DNA of 64,000 nt from Candidatus Uhrbacteria bacterium (lineage in GTDB: Bacteria; Patescibacteriota; Patescibacteriia; UBA9934): positions 5,417 through 69,416 of the forward strand of contig JABHCP010000011.1 of the NCBI GenBank assembly GCA_018673485.1, given 5' to 3'. The position numbers were made by a program, and so were the translations under genes. The notes under the pieces are model-generated. The model was not told the origin of the DNA. It did no database searches and worked only from the letters and a program-made list of their open reading frames with translations. Of this stretch, positions 49,915-60,514 are shown piece after piece; position 1 is the first letter of the stretch; every line of letters starts with the position of its first letter.

Positions 49915-50999
49915 CGCGCTACTTCTTCTGTTTTAATTTCATCATCAACGAAACGAATCTTAAACCTGACCACACCGATAGTTTGGCCTCTTGAGGTTTG
50001 TACGTTAACCCTCCAAAATCCTTCAGAGAGGGAAGACTTCTGTGAAAATCCGCGGTAGCCCTCATCTCTTCCACCGTAAATCGTGAATCCTAGCTCGTCT
50101 TTTGTCACCCATCGCTTTGTGTCATTGTCAAAATGCTGCCACTCGTGGATGATCTGCGTATTAAGATCAAAGGGTGCAAAAATCGCGGAATATACGTAAA
50201 CGGGTTCACCTTCGCTGACATGTATCACCTCACCCGGAATCATCTTCTCAAGCAAATTCTGACTTTCAGCTTCTAAGATATATCCACCGTTTGATCGCTC
50301 AATGTGATGGTAAACACCGGCCTCGGTAAGTGACAAGGGAATTGGCGGTATCAGGTTTGTGAAATATAAAAGGTTCATCAATCCAAAGATAATCAGGGCG
50401 ATTACTTGCAATCGCTTTTTTATGAATTGAAGTCTGTGTGCATAACTTGCAAGCATCTCCAAATACAAATAACCAATCATTAAACTGAGAATGCCACCAA
50501 GTGCAAAAATCCACGCTGAAATCGAGTTAAATAGATATGGCAACATCAAGGTGATCAATGAAAGGGTGATGAAATAATACACACTCACCTGAATCATCGG
50601 TCTCATGTAATATTTGCGAAATGCCTCATTGGCAATCATGAGTATCGCGATCAAAAACATAAAGGGCCAGCTAACCGAGAAGGAACCTGAAAACCAATAG
50701 AAAATAAATGATGCGCTAAGTGTAGCTCCGAAAGTGAATTGGATGACAAGCGGCGCAATGATGCTGTAATACTTAGATACAATGTTTTGATGTGTTTGCT
50801 CAGATCCATTACTTCTGTGAATGAAAATAATGGTTGCGCCTGCTATTAGCCAATAAATAGCTAATACAATAAATGCGGAGCTAATCTTGATAGTACGAAA
50901 AGTGACGAAATCTACTATCACACCAAAAATCAGCATCGTTGGAATCAAGATGCGCTCGTTCGCCTTATAGAACTGCTTGAGCTTGGTGATAAATTGCAT
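49911..50999 (-). CDS. multi-pass membrane protein with C-terminal beta-domain (DUF2914-like)
   Basis: 8+ TM helices then HEWQHF...YGGRDEGYRGF segment. Confidence 0.4.
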   Translation of the reverse strand: MQFITKLKQFYKANERILIPTMLIFGVIVDFVTFRTIKISSAFIVLAIYWLIAGATIIFIHRSNGSEQTHQNIVSKYYSIIAPLVIQFTFGATLSASFIFYWFSGSFSVSWPFMFLIAILMIANEAFRKYYMRPMIQVSVYYFITLSLITLMLPYLFNSISAWIFALGGILSLMIGYLYLEMLASYAHRLQFIKKRLQVIALIIFGLMNLLYFTNLIPPIPLSLTEAGVYHHIERSNGGYILEAESQNLLEKMIPGEVIHVSEGEPVYVYSAIFAPFDLNTQIIHEWQHFDNDTKRWVTKDELGFTIYGGRDEGYRGFSQKSSLSEGFWRVNVQTSRGQTIGVVRFKIRFVDDEIKTEEVAR

Positions 51000-51107
51000 G
51001 GAATTATTATAACAGATGACTGCAAGATTAGTGAAAAATTATAGTTATTTTAGCCAAATATTTGACATAAACGACTTTCAACGGTATAGTGCTATTCAAA
51101 CAAACAC

Positions 51108-51476
51108 ATGATTAACACAAAGATTACAATCGTTTGCACACACGGGAGAAACTTAAGCAAGTATTTAAAAGAGCACCTAATGGAGAAGGGGATCAAATCA
51201 CATGCTGTAGGCTTGTATTTTAAAAACTTAGCAACGATCCAAAAAATAAAGAATGCGAAAACTATTATCTGTGTTCATCCAGAAATTCAAAAAGAAGTAG
51301 AAGCAGAATTTGATCTTACAAAAAAGTATGTGATCTGCCTAAACGTAAGTGATTGCCCGAACGAATCAGGAACATCAAAAAATCTTACAGGTGACGTATG
51401 GCTAGAGTATCAAAAAGAATACGTTTATCCAGCGCTTGAAAGTCAAATCAAAAAATATTTAAAAAAATTAGCATAA
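51108..51476 (+). CDS. hypothetical protein (degenerate LMW-PTP-like N-terminus)
   Basis: ITIVCTHGRNLS only loosely resembles CX5R loop. Confidence 0.35.
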   Translation: MINTKITIVCTHGRNLSKYLKEHLMEKGIKSHAVGLYFKNLATIQKIKNAKTIICVHPEIQKEVEAEFDLTKKYVICLNVSDCPNESGTSKNLTGDVWLEYQKEYVYPALESQIKKYLKKLA

Positions 51477-51575
51477 AAATTGACGACACAAGTCGTCTTT
51501 TTTGTTTTTCAACTGATGCACGAAACCCGAGCAAGCACGCAGCTTAACTCGGGTCCACGAAACGAAGAGGGCGCT

Positions 51576-52319
51576 CTACCAGGATAGCAGGAAGAAGATC
51601 GCTTCAGCCTTGGCTATCACTTCCCATTCGTACAATCCGTCCACACCCTGGTGCTCGCGGTAGGTCCTCAAGGCATCGGCCCACTCGATCACGTCCTGGT
51701 AGCGGACGTATCCATTCTCGTCAGCCAGATGACGGCAGATCTGCATCTGCATCCAGTCCCTATTGACGCTGTGGTTGCTGTCGAGGTTGAGCTTGTTGTA
51801 TTCGTGCTCAACACTTGCCATGGCACCAACCGTGATGCTAAGGAGGTGAAACTCCATATCTCCCCAGCCGATACCAGCCTGACCGACATTGGGACGTGAC
51901 TCGATCCCTTCGTCGCGCAGGACAACAGCGTCCAAGCTGTCGTACGTCATGCACGTTGTCTGGGTAGAATCGGTGCACTGGGCCATGGAGGACTTCTCCA
52001 CCACGATGCCGTTTGAGGTGATGGTATCTCGCCTGACATCGACCCAGCTCGGATTGTCGGCATCGAGGTGAGCCGTGACGGCTTCGACCTCACCGGTGAG
52101 CTCGGACTTGCCGAACACGATTCCGTCGGGGTAGGCCTCGGCGTAGCGGGGGTTGAGGTCGGACTGCAGCTCCCGATCGAGCTGCGCAAATGCGCTCTCC
52201 ACTTCGCTCCGTTCGACTGGGAGAGTCTTGAGCATGCCCGTGTGGGCGCAGCCCATGAATGCGAACGTGAGACAGGCGAGGATGAGATAGCTGAGATAGC
52301 GCATGGCGCTTCCTTTCAC
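51576..52319 (-). CDS. lipoprotein, GC-rich foreign-composition gene
   Basis: signal peptide with lipobox FMGC; about 58 percent GC. Confidence 0.55.
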   Translation of the reverse strand: MKGSAMRYLSYLILACLTFAFMGCAHTGMLKTLPVERSEVESAFAQLDRELQSDLNPRYAEAYPDGIVFGKSELTGEVEAVTAHLDADNPSWVDVRRDTITSNGIVVEKSSMAQCTDSTQTTCMTYDSLDAVVLRDEGIESRPNVGQAGIGWGDMEFHLLSITVGAMASVEHEYNKLNLDSNHSVNRDWMQMQICRHLADENGYVRYQDVIEWADALRTYREHQGVDGLYEWEVIAKAEAIFFLLSW

Positions 52320-52432
52320 TTTAATGATCGGCTAGCCCTGCCGTAGGGTTGTCTTTGAGACATAAAAGACTACCAAGAAAATCGCTTTTTGTCAAGCACT
52401 ATTGATCAATCGGCGCAATTATATTAAATTGA

Positions 52433-53413
52433 ATGCATATGAAAATACATCAATACGCAATTTTGATGACATTGCTGTGGATAGTCATCATCGCACTCAT
52501 GGTTGTCTATTCGAATAATGATAATGAGTCTATCGAAAATTCGATTATTGAGGTTGCTCAAGAGGTTGAAGAGGATATAGAGGTTGAAGTTGAGACTGAG
52601 GGCCCCAGCGAGCACAAACTAATAGGGAGCAACCAGTGGACTGCTGCCTATTACACGAATGGGTACGATGTATTTTACAAACGAGCCAATTCAGAGGATC
52701 AACTGGCAATACTCGAGGGGGCTGATCTTCAGACATTTGAAACCACTAGTACTTTCACAGCTAGAGATGCATACCACACCTATGTTCAAAATATTATTGT
52801 TGACTTAAATTCATTTGGAATACTCAACAACTATTATTCAAAGGATGAAAATTACGTTTATACAACTAATGGCCTAGGCTCGCAATGGAATACATATCTC
52901 GGAGATATGGACGCCGCATCGTTTGAGGTGATTGATGATCAATACGCAAAAGATGCTTACGGTGTTTATGGACCATGTTATGGATACGAATGGTTATGTA
53001 TGGATGAGATTGAGGGTGCTGATCCTTATAGCTTTGAGATTATCGGTGATGGATTTTCCAGGGATGCTTATAATTTATTCTTTCTTACAGATCTAATCGA
53101 AGGCGCTGACCCAAATTCGTTCACTCTCTTTGAGGCCGCCGAGTCAGTTTCAAACGGGTATTTTTCTGGCAAATTTTACATCGATGTAAATGCAATATAT
53201 TTCCTAGATCCAATGCATGAGTTCAGATCAGAGATTCAAGACATATCATCGCTAACGTTTGAAAAACAGGAGATCAACGAAAGCGACGGGTCATCTGACA
53301 CTTATATCGTTGATCAATACCAAAGATATATTATTAATTTTATTAAAACCGACAACTGTGCGCCATACGGGTGCAAATTAGATATAAGCATCGACATCGA
53401 ATCACTTCAATAA
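52433..53413 (+). CDS. DKNYY-repeat domain protein
   Basis: repeats KDENYVYTTNG, AKDAYGVYG, SRDAYNLFF; N-terminal TM. Confidence 0.55.
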   Translation: MHMKIHQYAILMTLLWIVIIALMVVYSNNDNESIENSIIEVAQEVEEDIEVEVETEGPSEHKLIGSNQWTAAYYTNGYDVFYKRANSEDQLAILEGADLQTFETTSTFTARDAYHTYVQNIIVDLNSFGILNNYYSKDENYVYTTNGLGSQWNTYLGDMDAASFEVIDDQYAKDAYGVYGPCYGYEWLCMDEIEGADPYSFEIIGDGFSRDAYNLFFLTDLIEGADPNSFTLFEAAESVSNGYFSGKFYIDVNAIYFLDPMHEFRSEIQDISSLTFEKQEINESDGSSDTYIVDQYQRYIINFIKTDNCAPYGCKLDISIDIESLQ

Positions 53414-53844
53414 TGAACTCCGATCAAACCGCAATGTTTTTAAATGACGAAAAGCAACCAGCTGATAAATGGTTGCAATTTCATGCCATAATTGTAGACC
53501 GTGGATCAAAATACAGTGTTACTGCTGGGCACATCGAGAACGCCACCGAACTCAATCAATTTTTAAAAAAGCTCAAATCTGATAAAAAGTATCGCAAAGC
53601 TACTCATAACACGTATGCTGCTCGATATATCGAAAATGGCAAAATCATTGATGTAAAAAGTGATGATGGTGAAACGGGTGCAGGAATGATAGTCCTACGT
53701 GAACTTCAAAGATCGAATACAGCGAATATAATCGTAGTAGTAACTCGTTGGTTTGGAGGCGTGATGTTGCATGGTGATAGGTTCAAACATGTGCAAGATG
53801 CGACACGCAAAATACTAGGAGAATTGACTTTTTCAAAAAAATAG
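53413..53844 (+). CDS. IMPACT/YigZ (UPF0029) family protein
   Basis: ATHNTYAARY...SDDGETGAGMIVLREL...VVVTRWFGG motif series; ATG overlaps upstream stop (TAATG). Confidence 0.65.
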   Translation: MNSDQTAMFLNDEKQPADKWLQFHAIIVDRGSKYSVTAGHIENATELNQFLKKLKSDKKYRKATHNTYAARYIENGKIIDVKSDDGETGAGMIVLRELQRSNTANIIVVVTRWFGGVMLHGDRFKHVQDATRKILGELTFSKK

Positions 53845-53858
53845 GCTAGTTTATTGCC

Positions 53859-54755
53859 ATGAACAAACTCAAAAAAATCAATTTATATAATTCAGATAAA
53901 CGATTCCGCAAGGGATTTTTTGAATTTTGTAAAAAATCAAAAGTTGAAGTCCACAATATTAGACTTCGATATTCGATTATTCATCTGAAGAATAAGAAGG
54001 AGATAAAATTCATTCATCAAAACGATGAGTTTAGCGTTGATGACGCATACAACTATATTAGACTGAGGGGAATAGAGTCCCATACTCCGGCACTCATCGC
54101 TATGTATTGCAAGAAGAAGCGGTTAAAGATGAATGACCCGATAAATGAACATCACACAAAGTCGGTAAATAAAATCACCCAGATGCTAATGCTCTGGTTG
54201 AATAAGTTGCCTATTCCAGAAACTATCATTACCACAAAGTACTCTTACAATAAAAACAAGGAATACATTTTAGAAAATACAAACTTCCCATGTGTTCTAA
54301 AAGGGTACGGTGACCGTGGCACAAGTGTTTGGAAGATCGACAACGCCAAAGAGCTTAATAAGCGGATGAAGCTAACCAAGTCAATGAAACGAAAGATGGT
54401 TAAAGCTGGGAAAATCGAAACTTTCATAATTCAGCAATACATACAAAACACTCATGACTTCCGCGTAACCATGTTTGAGCACGAAGTTTTGGGCGTTATA
54501 AAACGAATTTCAAAAGACGGATTTTATAATAACTTTTCGCTCGGTGCCGACTATGAAGTTTCTGAAATCACTAAAGATGAGGAATTGCTAAGTCAAAAAG
54601 CCTGTGACGCATGTGGTATTGATCTAGGTGGAGTTGATTTTGTACGAACAGATGATGGAATAGTATTTTTCGAGATCAACAAATCTCCTCAAATCAATAA
54701 AAAGTATCCAGCGCTCATCGCACAACGTATAACAGAAAAATACCTTCAAAAGTAA
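53859..54755 (+). CDS. ATP-grasp ligase, RimK-like
   Basis: C-terminal GGVDFVRTDDGIVFFEINKSP ATP-grasp block. Confidence 0.55.
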   Translation: MNKLKKINLYNSDKRFRKGFFEFCKKSKVEVHNIRLRYSIIHLKNKKEIKFIHQNDEFSVDDAYNYIRLRGIESHTPALIAMYCKKKRLKMNDPINEHHTKSVNKITQMLMLWLNKLPIPETIITTKYSYNKNKEYILENTNFPCVLKGYGDRGTSVWKIDNAKELNKRMKLTKSMKRKMVKAGKIETFIIQQYIQNTHDFRVTMFEHEVLGVIKRISKDGFYNNFSLGADYEVSEITKDEELLSQKACDACGIDLGGVDFVRTDDGIVFFEINKSPQINKKYPALIAQRITEKYLQK

Positions 54756-54782
54756 TTTTACTCGATATCGTTTAATTATCTT

Positions 54783-55541
54783 ATGGCGATACACAACCTT
54801 TACAAGCCGATCGGAATTTCACCGCTCGATCTAATAGAGAATTTCAAAAAGAAAAATCCCGAGTTGATAAATGAGAAAATGACATACGCTGGCAGACTTG
54901 ACCCAATAGCTGACGGCGTTGTTTTAATTTTAAGTGGAGAGGATAGATTTGATAAAGATGATTTCCTGAAACTTGATAAAAAGTATAAAGCGCAAATTCT
55001 GTTCGGAATTAAGTCGGACACTTTCGATATACTTGGAATGCCATCAGATCCGATCGACACATCAACGCTCGATATTAAATCAAAAGTGAAGCTCGATGAA
55101 CTTATCGGTACGCATAACATCAAGGTACCATCGTACTCATCTGTAATAGTTGGTAAAAAACCATTATTTGAATGGGCACGGTCTAATCAGTTGGATCAGA
55201 TTTCAATTCCAGAGCGTGAGATGACCATCAAGAGCGCTGAGCTCATCGAAAGCTCGACAGTTGAGAGCCAAGATCTATTAAATCAGATCGAAACTAAAAT
55301 TAAACTAGTACAAGGAGACTTTCGACAAGATGAGATCATCGAGTCTTGGCGTAGTATCTTGAGCACAACGAATAGCAAATTCTCGACAATCACAATCGAC
55401 CTTCATGTGACGTCAGGTACATACATCCGCTCAATAGCACACGAGCTTGGCGCGAAGCTCGGCTGTGGTGCGATACTATTTAGCCTGACAAGAACAGCGG
55501 TTGGTAATCATAATATTCATGATTCGGTAAAAACGGTTTAA
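54783..55541 (+). CDS. truB: tRNA pseudouridine(55) synthase
   Basis: catalytic motif AGRLDPIADGVVLIL. Confidence 0.75.
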   Translation: MAIHNLYKPIGISPLDLIENFKKKNPELINEKMTYAGRLDPIADGVVLILSGEDRFDKDDFLKLDKKYKAQILFGIKSDTFDILGMPSDPIDTSTLDIKSKVKLDELIGTHNIKVPSYSSVIVGKKPLFEWARSNQLDQISIPEREMTIKSAELIESSTVESQDLLNQIETKIKLVQGDFRQDEIIESWRSILSTTNSKFSTITIDLHVTSGTYIRSIAHELGAKLGCGAILFSLTRTAVGNHNIHDSVKTV

Positions 55542-55557
55542 TATACTTGTGCGAATA

Positions 55558-55595
55558 AATTACACATCTGAGTCGATCGACTCAGATGTGTAATT
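55558..55595. repeat. 38-bp perfect palindrome aattacacatctgagtcgat|cgactcagatgtgtaatt
   Basis: read directly; CGATCG centre. Confidence 0.75.
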
Positions 55596-55622
55596 ACACC
55601 AGTCAAGTCTGTCAGCCTAAAA

Positions 55623-55653
55623 TAAAAAAACGAGGACAATCCTCGTTTTTTTA
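55623..55653. terminator. bidirectional terminator aaaaaaacgagg-acaat-cctcgttttttt
   Basis: 6-bp stem between A- and T-runs, between convergent genes. Confidence 0.7.
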
Positions 55654-55661
55654 TTTTACCT

Positions 55662-56468
55662 CTATTCGCAACCCATTTCAGTGCAAAGCCATCCTATCTG
55701 ATCATTGCAACTACATTCATTGCAAATATTTTGATAACTATCTCCAACATGATAACTAATGTTATCAGCTTCGCATGTGTATGGTCGGTGAGAAAGTGTC
55801 TTAATCAACTCCCAAGAATCATCGTCCATATCATCACCCATCTCAAATTGATCGATTTCATCTACATAAAAAGTTCTTATGCCCCAGTCATCATATGCCT
55901 GATCGATATGATCTTCTGCATAACGAATTTCCGATCCATCAAAATAATAACTATTTGACGCTGAAGGATCATCAGGATTATAGGCAAATAATAAAGAGCC
56001 TTCAGGTACCTCACCAGCTTCCAATGGTGCGCCTACAGTATATGAGGGCCAGAAAGCCTCTGAAGTATCACGAACGTATGTCCACCATAAATCTCCGTAA
56101 AGCTCTATCGCATCCGACTCAGACGCTATCAATCTAAGCAATCCACCAGGCTCAACTGCATAAACATCATCAGTGCTTGGCATTGTTAATAAATTCGTAC
56201 CAGGTTGAAACGTGACAACACCACCAATCGGGTATGTTGACAACTCATCACAAGAAACGTCGATAACATCGTTGAAATCCATATACCAAGTGAAGTATGT
56301 TGTCTCATCAGGAAAGACCCAACGTTCATCTGCATCTGATAAATAATAGACTGATGAGTAATCCGCGCATTTAATAAGAGAATTGGTCACCAGTGGACGT
56401 AAGGCATATGCAGAGCTAAACACTGACCCAGACAACGCCACCAACAATAAAACAGCAAGTTTTTTCAT
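55662..56468 (-). CDS. secreted protein with Cys-rich C-terminus
   Basis: signal peptide; C-terminal CNECSCNDQIGWLCTEMGC. Confidence 0.5.
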   Translation of the reverse strand: MKKLAVLLLVALSGSVFSSAYALRPLVTNSLIKCADYSSVYYLSDADERWVFPDETTYFTWYMDFNDVIDVSCDELSTYPIGGVVTFQPGTNLLTMPSTDDVYAVEPGGLLRLIASESDAIELYGDLWWTYVRDTSEAFWPSYTVGAPLEAGEVPEGSLLFAYNPDDPSASNSYYFDGSEIRYAEDHIDQAYDDWGIRTFYVDEIDQFEMGDDMDDDSWELIKTLSHRPYTCEADNISYHVGDSYQNICNECSCNDQIGWLCTEMGCE

Positions 56469-56477
56469 AGGATGTGA

Positions 56478-57872
56478 TTAAAAAAGTTTATCAATTATTA
56501 CTATGATACTAAAGAATCCAAAGAATGCGAATATTAATCCCATGATCAACTTGCGCCACAACCTCGCTCGTGCAAATTTTGGCAATGCTTTTTGGTTTAG
56601 GTATGTGACAAGTCCAACATGCACGAACATCGCAAATGCATTAATGACGGCACCAAGCACAATTAGTGTTTTTGGCTCTGAGAAATTAAGTAAAAAGAGC
56701 AGGGAACCAAATGCAATTTGTGCCCAAACAAAACCGAAATAAATTCTAGAAAGACACACGTTCGCATCTTTACCATTTTTTATCTTAGTTATCGCAAGAT
56801 TCTCCGCCATTATCCTTGAGGTCGAATCCATAACACCAAGCTGAGTCTGGAAAAGCATTATCACGACTACTATCAAGAAAAGAACGCCAGCCCAAGGCCC
56901 AATAACAGCGCCGATCGCTGAGCCTTCATGGATCACAAAATTAATACCCTCAGCAGTTCCTTCGACCCCATACGTTGTCGCATAGGCGAGAATCATCAAC
57001 AATAAGATTGAGATAGCCCCAATAAGCCAAAATACTATCGCATGTTCGATGCTAACGCGTCTCCACCACACATTAAAACGTTTTTTCGATTCTGGAGTAA
57101 TCTCAAAATCCTTACCTTCAAGATCGATCTTTTTCTCATTTTTCAATATTTTAAATAATCCTGAAATCTTTTGAGCGTACTTTCCCATTCCATATCCTTT
57201 TTCTTTAATATAAATTGACTGTGTCAGATTTAAGTTTCCACCAGCGCCAGCATAAGCGAATGCTCCTAGGAACGTCGCCAATACAATTCCTTCTGGCATA
57301 AACCTATATCCTTCCCCCAAACCAACCACACCTTGACTAAGTGCAACCCAGTCCGCACCATCGGTGAGAAGTATCACTAAAATAAATACAAATGGAACTC
57401 CCAAAAGAATAATCGTCTTAGTGATTCGCTCCATCATTCCATAAACTGTTTTTCCAGCACTGAGTATCAAGCCAATCAATACTAAGAATCCAATAGCCAC
57501 AAATCGATGATCTTCAAACCCCACGATGGATGAAAAAACCTTCGCTGATGCTGCGATAATTCCCGGTATACCAAATCCTAAAAATGTGGAGAAGATGAAC
57601 CACGCCGGTGCTAACTTCCAAAACTTAGCAATCCCCACAAACACGCTCTCACCCTTCACAAGCGCATAACGCTCAATCTCCATATTCATGAAGTACTGGA
57701 ATGTGATTCCAATCACCGCACCCCAGGCAATACCTAGTCCATAATTTGATGCTAAGTACGGCCACAAAATCACCTCACCCGACCCCAGTCCAAGGGCAAG
57801 TATAATAAAACTCGGTCCGATCAATTTCTTAAGCGGTAGTGCCTTTGGAAATTCTTTTTTCGATTTGGTCAT
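56478..57872 (-). CDS. multi-pass membrane transporter, family unassigned
   Basis: 464 aa, 11-12 predicted TM helices. Confidence 0.45.
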   Translation of the reverse strand: MTKSKKEFPKALPLKKLIGPSFIILALGLGSGEVILWPYLASNYGLGIAWGAVIGITFQYFMNMEIERYALVKGESVFVGIAKFWKLAPAWFIFSTFLGFGIPGIIAASAKVFSSIVGFEDHRFVAIGFLVLIGLILSAGKTVYGMMERITKTIILLGVPFVFILVILLTDGADWVALSQGVVGLGEGYRFMPEGIVLATFLGAFAYAGAGGNLNLTQSIYIKEKGYGMGKYAQKISGLFKILKNEKKIDLEGKDFEITPESKKRFNVWWRRVSIEHAIVFWLIGAISILLLMILAYATTYGVEGTAEGINFVIHEGSAIGAVIGPWAGVLFLIVVVIMLFQTQLGVMDSTSRIMAENLAITKIKNGKDANVCLSRIYFGFVWAQIAFGSLLFLLNFSEPKTLIVLGAVINAFAMFVHVGLVTYLNQKALPKFARARLWRKLIMGLIFAFFGFFSIIVIIDKLF

Positions 57873-58061
57873 ATGAGAACATTATATCAGAATTATTGAC
57901 ATAAATAGCACACCCATATATTATCGCATTAGTATGATAAAGCGATTTAATTCAAATCAACCGCAGCCGATACTGACCATGATGGACAGCTCGGTATTTT
58001 GTTTATAGAAGATCAATTTTAAAAAGAATATAAAGCTGGCCAATCATGGTCAGCTTTTTGC

Positions 58062-58322
58062 ATGGAGACAATCATGCAGCCAACACGTCTCGTGATTGTG
58101 GCCGATGGCCACGATCTGACCAAAATCATCAACGTACTTGAATCCATTGGGATCAAGCCATCACAGGTCCACGTATCTGTCGATCAATGCAGTGATATAT
58201 TGATCGATCGGGGAGTGGCATTCGATATTCCGAAAGGACAAGTCTATGTGCGCAGATCAACTCCAAGGCGTGTGGGGTACGATGGCGTGACCGGCACCTA
58301 CAGCCACCTTGACAACGACTGA
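58062..58322 (+). CDS. hypothetical protein
   Basis: 86-aa ORF, moderately GC-enriched. Confidence 0.4.
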   Translation: METIMQPTRLVIVADGHDLTKIINVLESIGIKPSQVHVSVDQCSDILIDRGVAFDIPKGQVYVRRSTPRRVGYDGVTGTYSHLDND

Positions 58323-58413
58323 CTGTGAGATCGGGTCAAGCTAAAACTGGGGTCACTCGTGACCCCAGTTCCTCACACTAACTATCAAACTATTTATTAA
58401 ATCGATAAAATGA

Positions 58414-58453
58414 ATGTTTCACTAAGGTCTCGATCGAGACCTTAGTGAAACAT
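58414..58453. repeat. 40-bp perfect palindrome atgtttcactaaggtctcgat|cgagaccttagtgaaacat
   Basis: read directly; CGATCG centre; preceded by hairpin aactggggtcac-tc-gtgaccccagtt at 58345-58370. Confidence 0.75.
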
Positions 58454-58455
58454 AT

Positions 58456-58890
58456 ATGATATTATTTGTGTATATGAATAAATCTATACGCATTATTTTT
58501 TACTTACTGTCATCAAACTTCGTTCTACTGCTTGGAGTTTTCTTTGTGCCACAAATGCAAGAACTATTTCAAGGTGAGGCATTCCTCTTGCCGTGCTTTA
58601 CATTTTCAGTGCTTGGCCTAGCTCTTCTAGTCTCATCACTCAAATCTGAAATTAAACTAAAAGAAAAAAGAGCACTGCTCGCTACTTCCATCGGTGCTCT
58701 TGGATTTTTTGTGTCAATTTTTCTGCACAATGCCTTTTATGCTCTCGCTGAGATCTCATCGTCAATTCCAGTATTACCAACTATCTTCGAATTCCTTCAA
58801 ATCATATTCTTCCTTGCTGCGATTTTCTTAAGTCCAATATTGTTCTTGTTCGGAACAATATCGTTCATCGTTATTACTCGATCGAAATAA
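58456..58890 (+). CDS. hypothetical 4-TM membrane protein
   Basis: hydrophobic helices. Confidence 0.45.
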   Translation: MILFVYMNKSIRIIFYLLSSNFVLLLGVFFVPQMQELFQGEAFLLPCFTFSVLGLALLVSSLKSEIKLKEKRALLATSIGALGFFVSIFLHNAFYALAEISSSIPVLPTIFEFLQIIFFLAAIFLSPILFLFGTISFIVITRSK

Positions 58891-59338
58891 CCTCATACTC
58901 CATAATATCTCCAGCGATCTCCACGCTCACCTTATCACTAACTTTTTTACCTATCAAAGCAGATCCGATGGGGGAGAGGTGAGATATCTTTCCTCTAAGT
59001 GGATCGGTCTCGTGTGATCCTAAAATTTCAAACTGTGTCTGTTTGCCGTCGCGTACAACGATCACAATCGACCCGATTTGCACCAGATCATTAGACACTG
59101 GCTTCTTGATAATAATCGCATTCTTGATTCGCTCCTTAAGCCCCTCGATCTGCCCCATGGTTCTCCGCAGCGTAAACTTAGCTTCTTGATAGGCGGCGTT
59201 TTCACTTAAATCACCCATCTCCTGGGTTCTAGTTACCTCAGCCGCTAAATCTCGCAATGATTTTTCTAAACGCTCTAATTTTTTGCACATCTTATCAAAT
59301 GCATTTTGTGTGATGTGGTTGTCAGTTGTGCGAGACAT
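58874..59338 (-). CDS. greA: transcription elongation factor GreA (ORF opens 59377)
   Basis: GDLSENAAYQEAK motif, 154 aa. Confidence 0.8.
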   Translation of the reverse strand: MSRTTDNHITQNAFDKMCKKLERLEKSLRDLAAEVTRTQEMGDLSENAAYQEAKFTLRRTMGQIEGLKERIKNAIIIKKPVSNDLVQIGSIVIVVRDGKQTQFEILGSHETDPLRGKISHLSPIGSALIGKKVSDKVSVEIAGDIMEYEVISIE

Positions 59339-59412
59339 CTGTCTTTCTCTTTCTTTTTTTCTAGTTGGCAATCGCATAGCTCTTTAGTTATAATGAAACA
59401 AATATATCACAT

Positions 59413-59799
59413 ATGCAAAAAGAAAAAACAAAGTCCAATTTTTGGAAGCCTTTATTAATAACAATTGGCGTTTTAATCGGATTAGGGATTATCGCCGTAA
59501 CGATAATTATAGTTACGCTCTTAATCGTTAAACCTTTTGATATTAATCTAGCCGATGTGCCAGGGGCTATAATAAATGCAACCGATACGGAGTCGAGCTA
59601 CGACCATCCTTTACTATCATCCGATCAAGAGGTTATGCTCGAATCAGTAGGAATAGACACAACGCAACTTCCAACAGAAATAACAACAGAGCAAGTAAAC
59701 TGCGGGGTCGAAGCGCTCGGTCAAGAACGAGTTGATGAAATAATGGCCGGCTCACAACCAACGTTTACAGATATACTAAACGCACAACATTGCTATTAG
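59413..59799 (+). CDS. hypothetical membrane-anchored protein
   Basis: N-terminal TM helix. Confidence 0.4.
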   Translation: MQKEKTKSNFWKPLLITIGVLIGLGIIAVTIIIVTLLIVKPFDINLADVPGAIINATDTESSYDHPLLSSDQEVMLESVGIDTTQLPTEITTEQVNCGVEALGQERVDEIMAGSQPTFTDILNAQHCY

Positions 59800-59809
59800 C
59801 AAAAAAAAT

Positions 59810-60337
59810 ATGTCAGATCAACCGATTGTTAGCCTAGTAAGTGACGATGAAATTCAAGGACCAGCTAAAGAACTTTTTGCAAAAATGACCAAAGCTCAAG
59901 GCGGCGTTCCAAAATGGATGCGAGTTATGGCAAACTGTGACGATATCCTCATGCCATTTTTTGGAATGTTTAAGTCGACAATGGACGACTCACCGCTCAA
60001 TCAAACTTTGAAATGGAAAGTGGCGATGCTTGTATCGAAAATTAACGAATGCACCTACTGCGTCAGCGTAGTCGAATCAAAGCTAAAAGGCTTTGGGCTG
60101 ACTGACGAACAAATAAAATCAGTCACAGAGGAACCAGCTGACGACCGCGAACGTCTAGCATTTGAGTTTGCAAAAAATGCCACGCAGAAAGCCTACAATA
60201 TGGATGTCGATCTAATCGAACAAGTTAAAAAGGAATTCTCTGAATGTGAGATCGTTGAACTTACTGCCGTTGTTGGACTTTTCAGTTACATAAATCGTTT
60301 TAACGACGCGTTAAATATCCTACCCGACATTGACTAG
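59810..60337 (+). CDS. carboxymuconolactone decarboxylase/AhpD-like family protein
   Basis: KINECTYCVSV CMD-family active-site block. Confidence 0.55.
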   Translation: MSDQPIVSLVSDDEIQGPAKELFAKMTKAQGGVPKWMRVMANCDDILMPFFGMFKSTMDDSPLNQTLKWKVAMLVSKINECTYCVSVVESKLKGFGLTDEQIKSVTEEPADDRERLAFEFAKNATQKAYNMDVDLIEQVKKEFSECEIVELTAVVGLFSYINRFNDALNILPDID

Positions 60338-60354
60338 ATCGAACTTCAATAAAA

Positions 60355-60508
60355 GAAAAAACCACCTCCGCCCTCCATCTCGAGGAGCCATGCGACGACC
60401 TGCCGGCAGGCAGGGAGATCTACTTAATAGATTTCCCGGCGGAGCCGGGCCAGGCTACGCCCGGCTCCCAAACCTCGAGATGAGAACTAAGAAGTGGTTT
60501 TTTTTAAT
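60355..60508. repeat. GC-rich structured element C: A-run, closing stem aaaaaaccac/gtggtttttttt, inner stems ccatctcgagg/cctcgagatg and cctgccggcaggcagg
   Basis: same outer architecture as elements A and B; interior resembles repeat R3; ORF 60330-60719 judged spurious translation of it. Confidence 0.55.
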
Positions 60509-60514
60509 TCATTA

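Noticed and set aside
56478-57872. Assignment of the 464-aa membrane protein to the NRAMP/MntH family
   Set aside because: The DPGN signature is absent. Left as an unclassified transporter.
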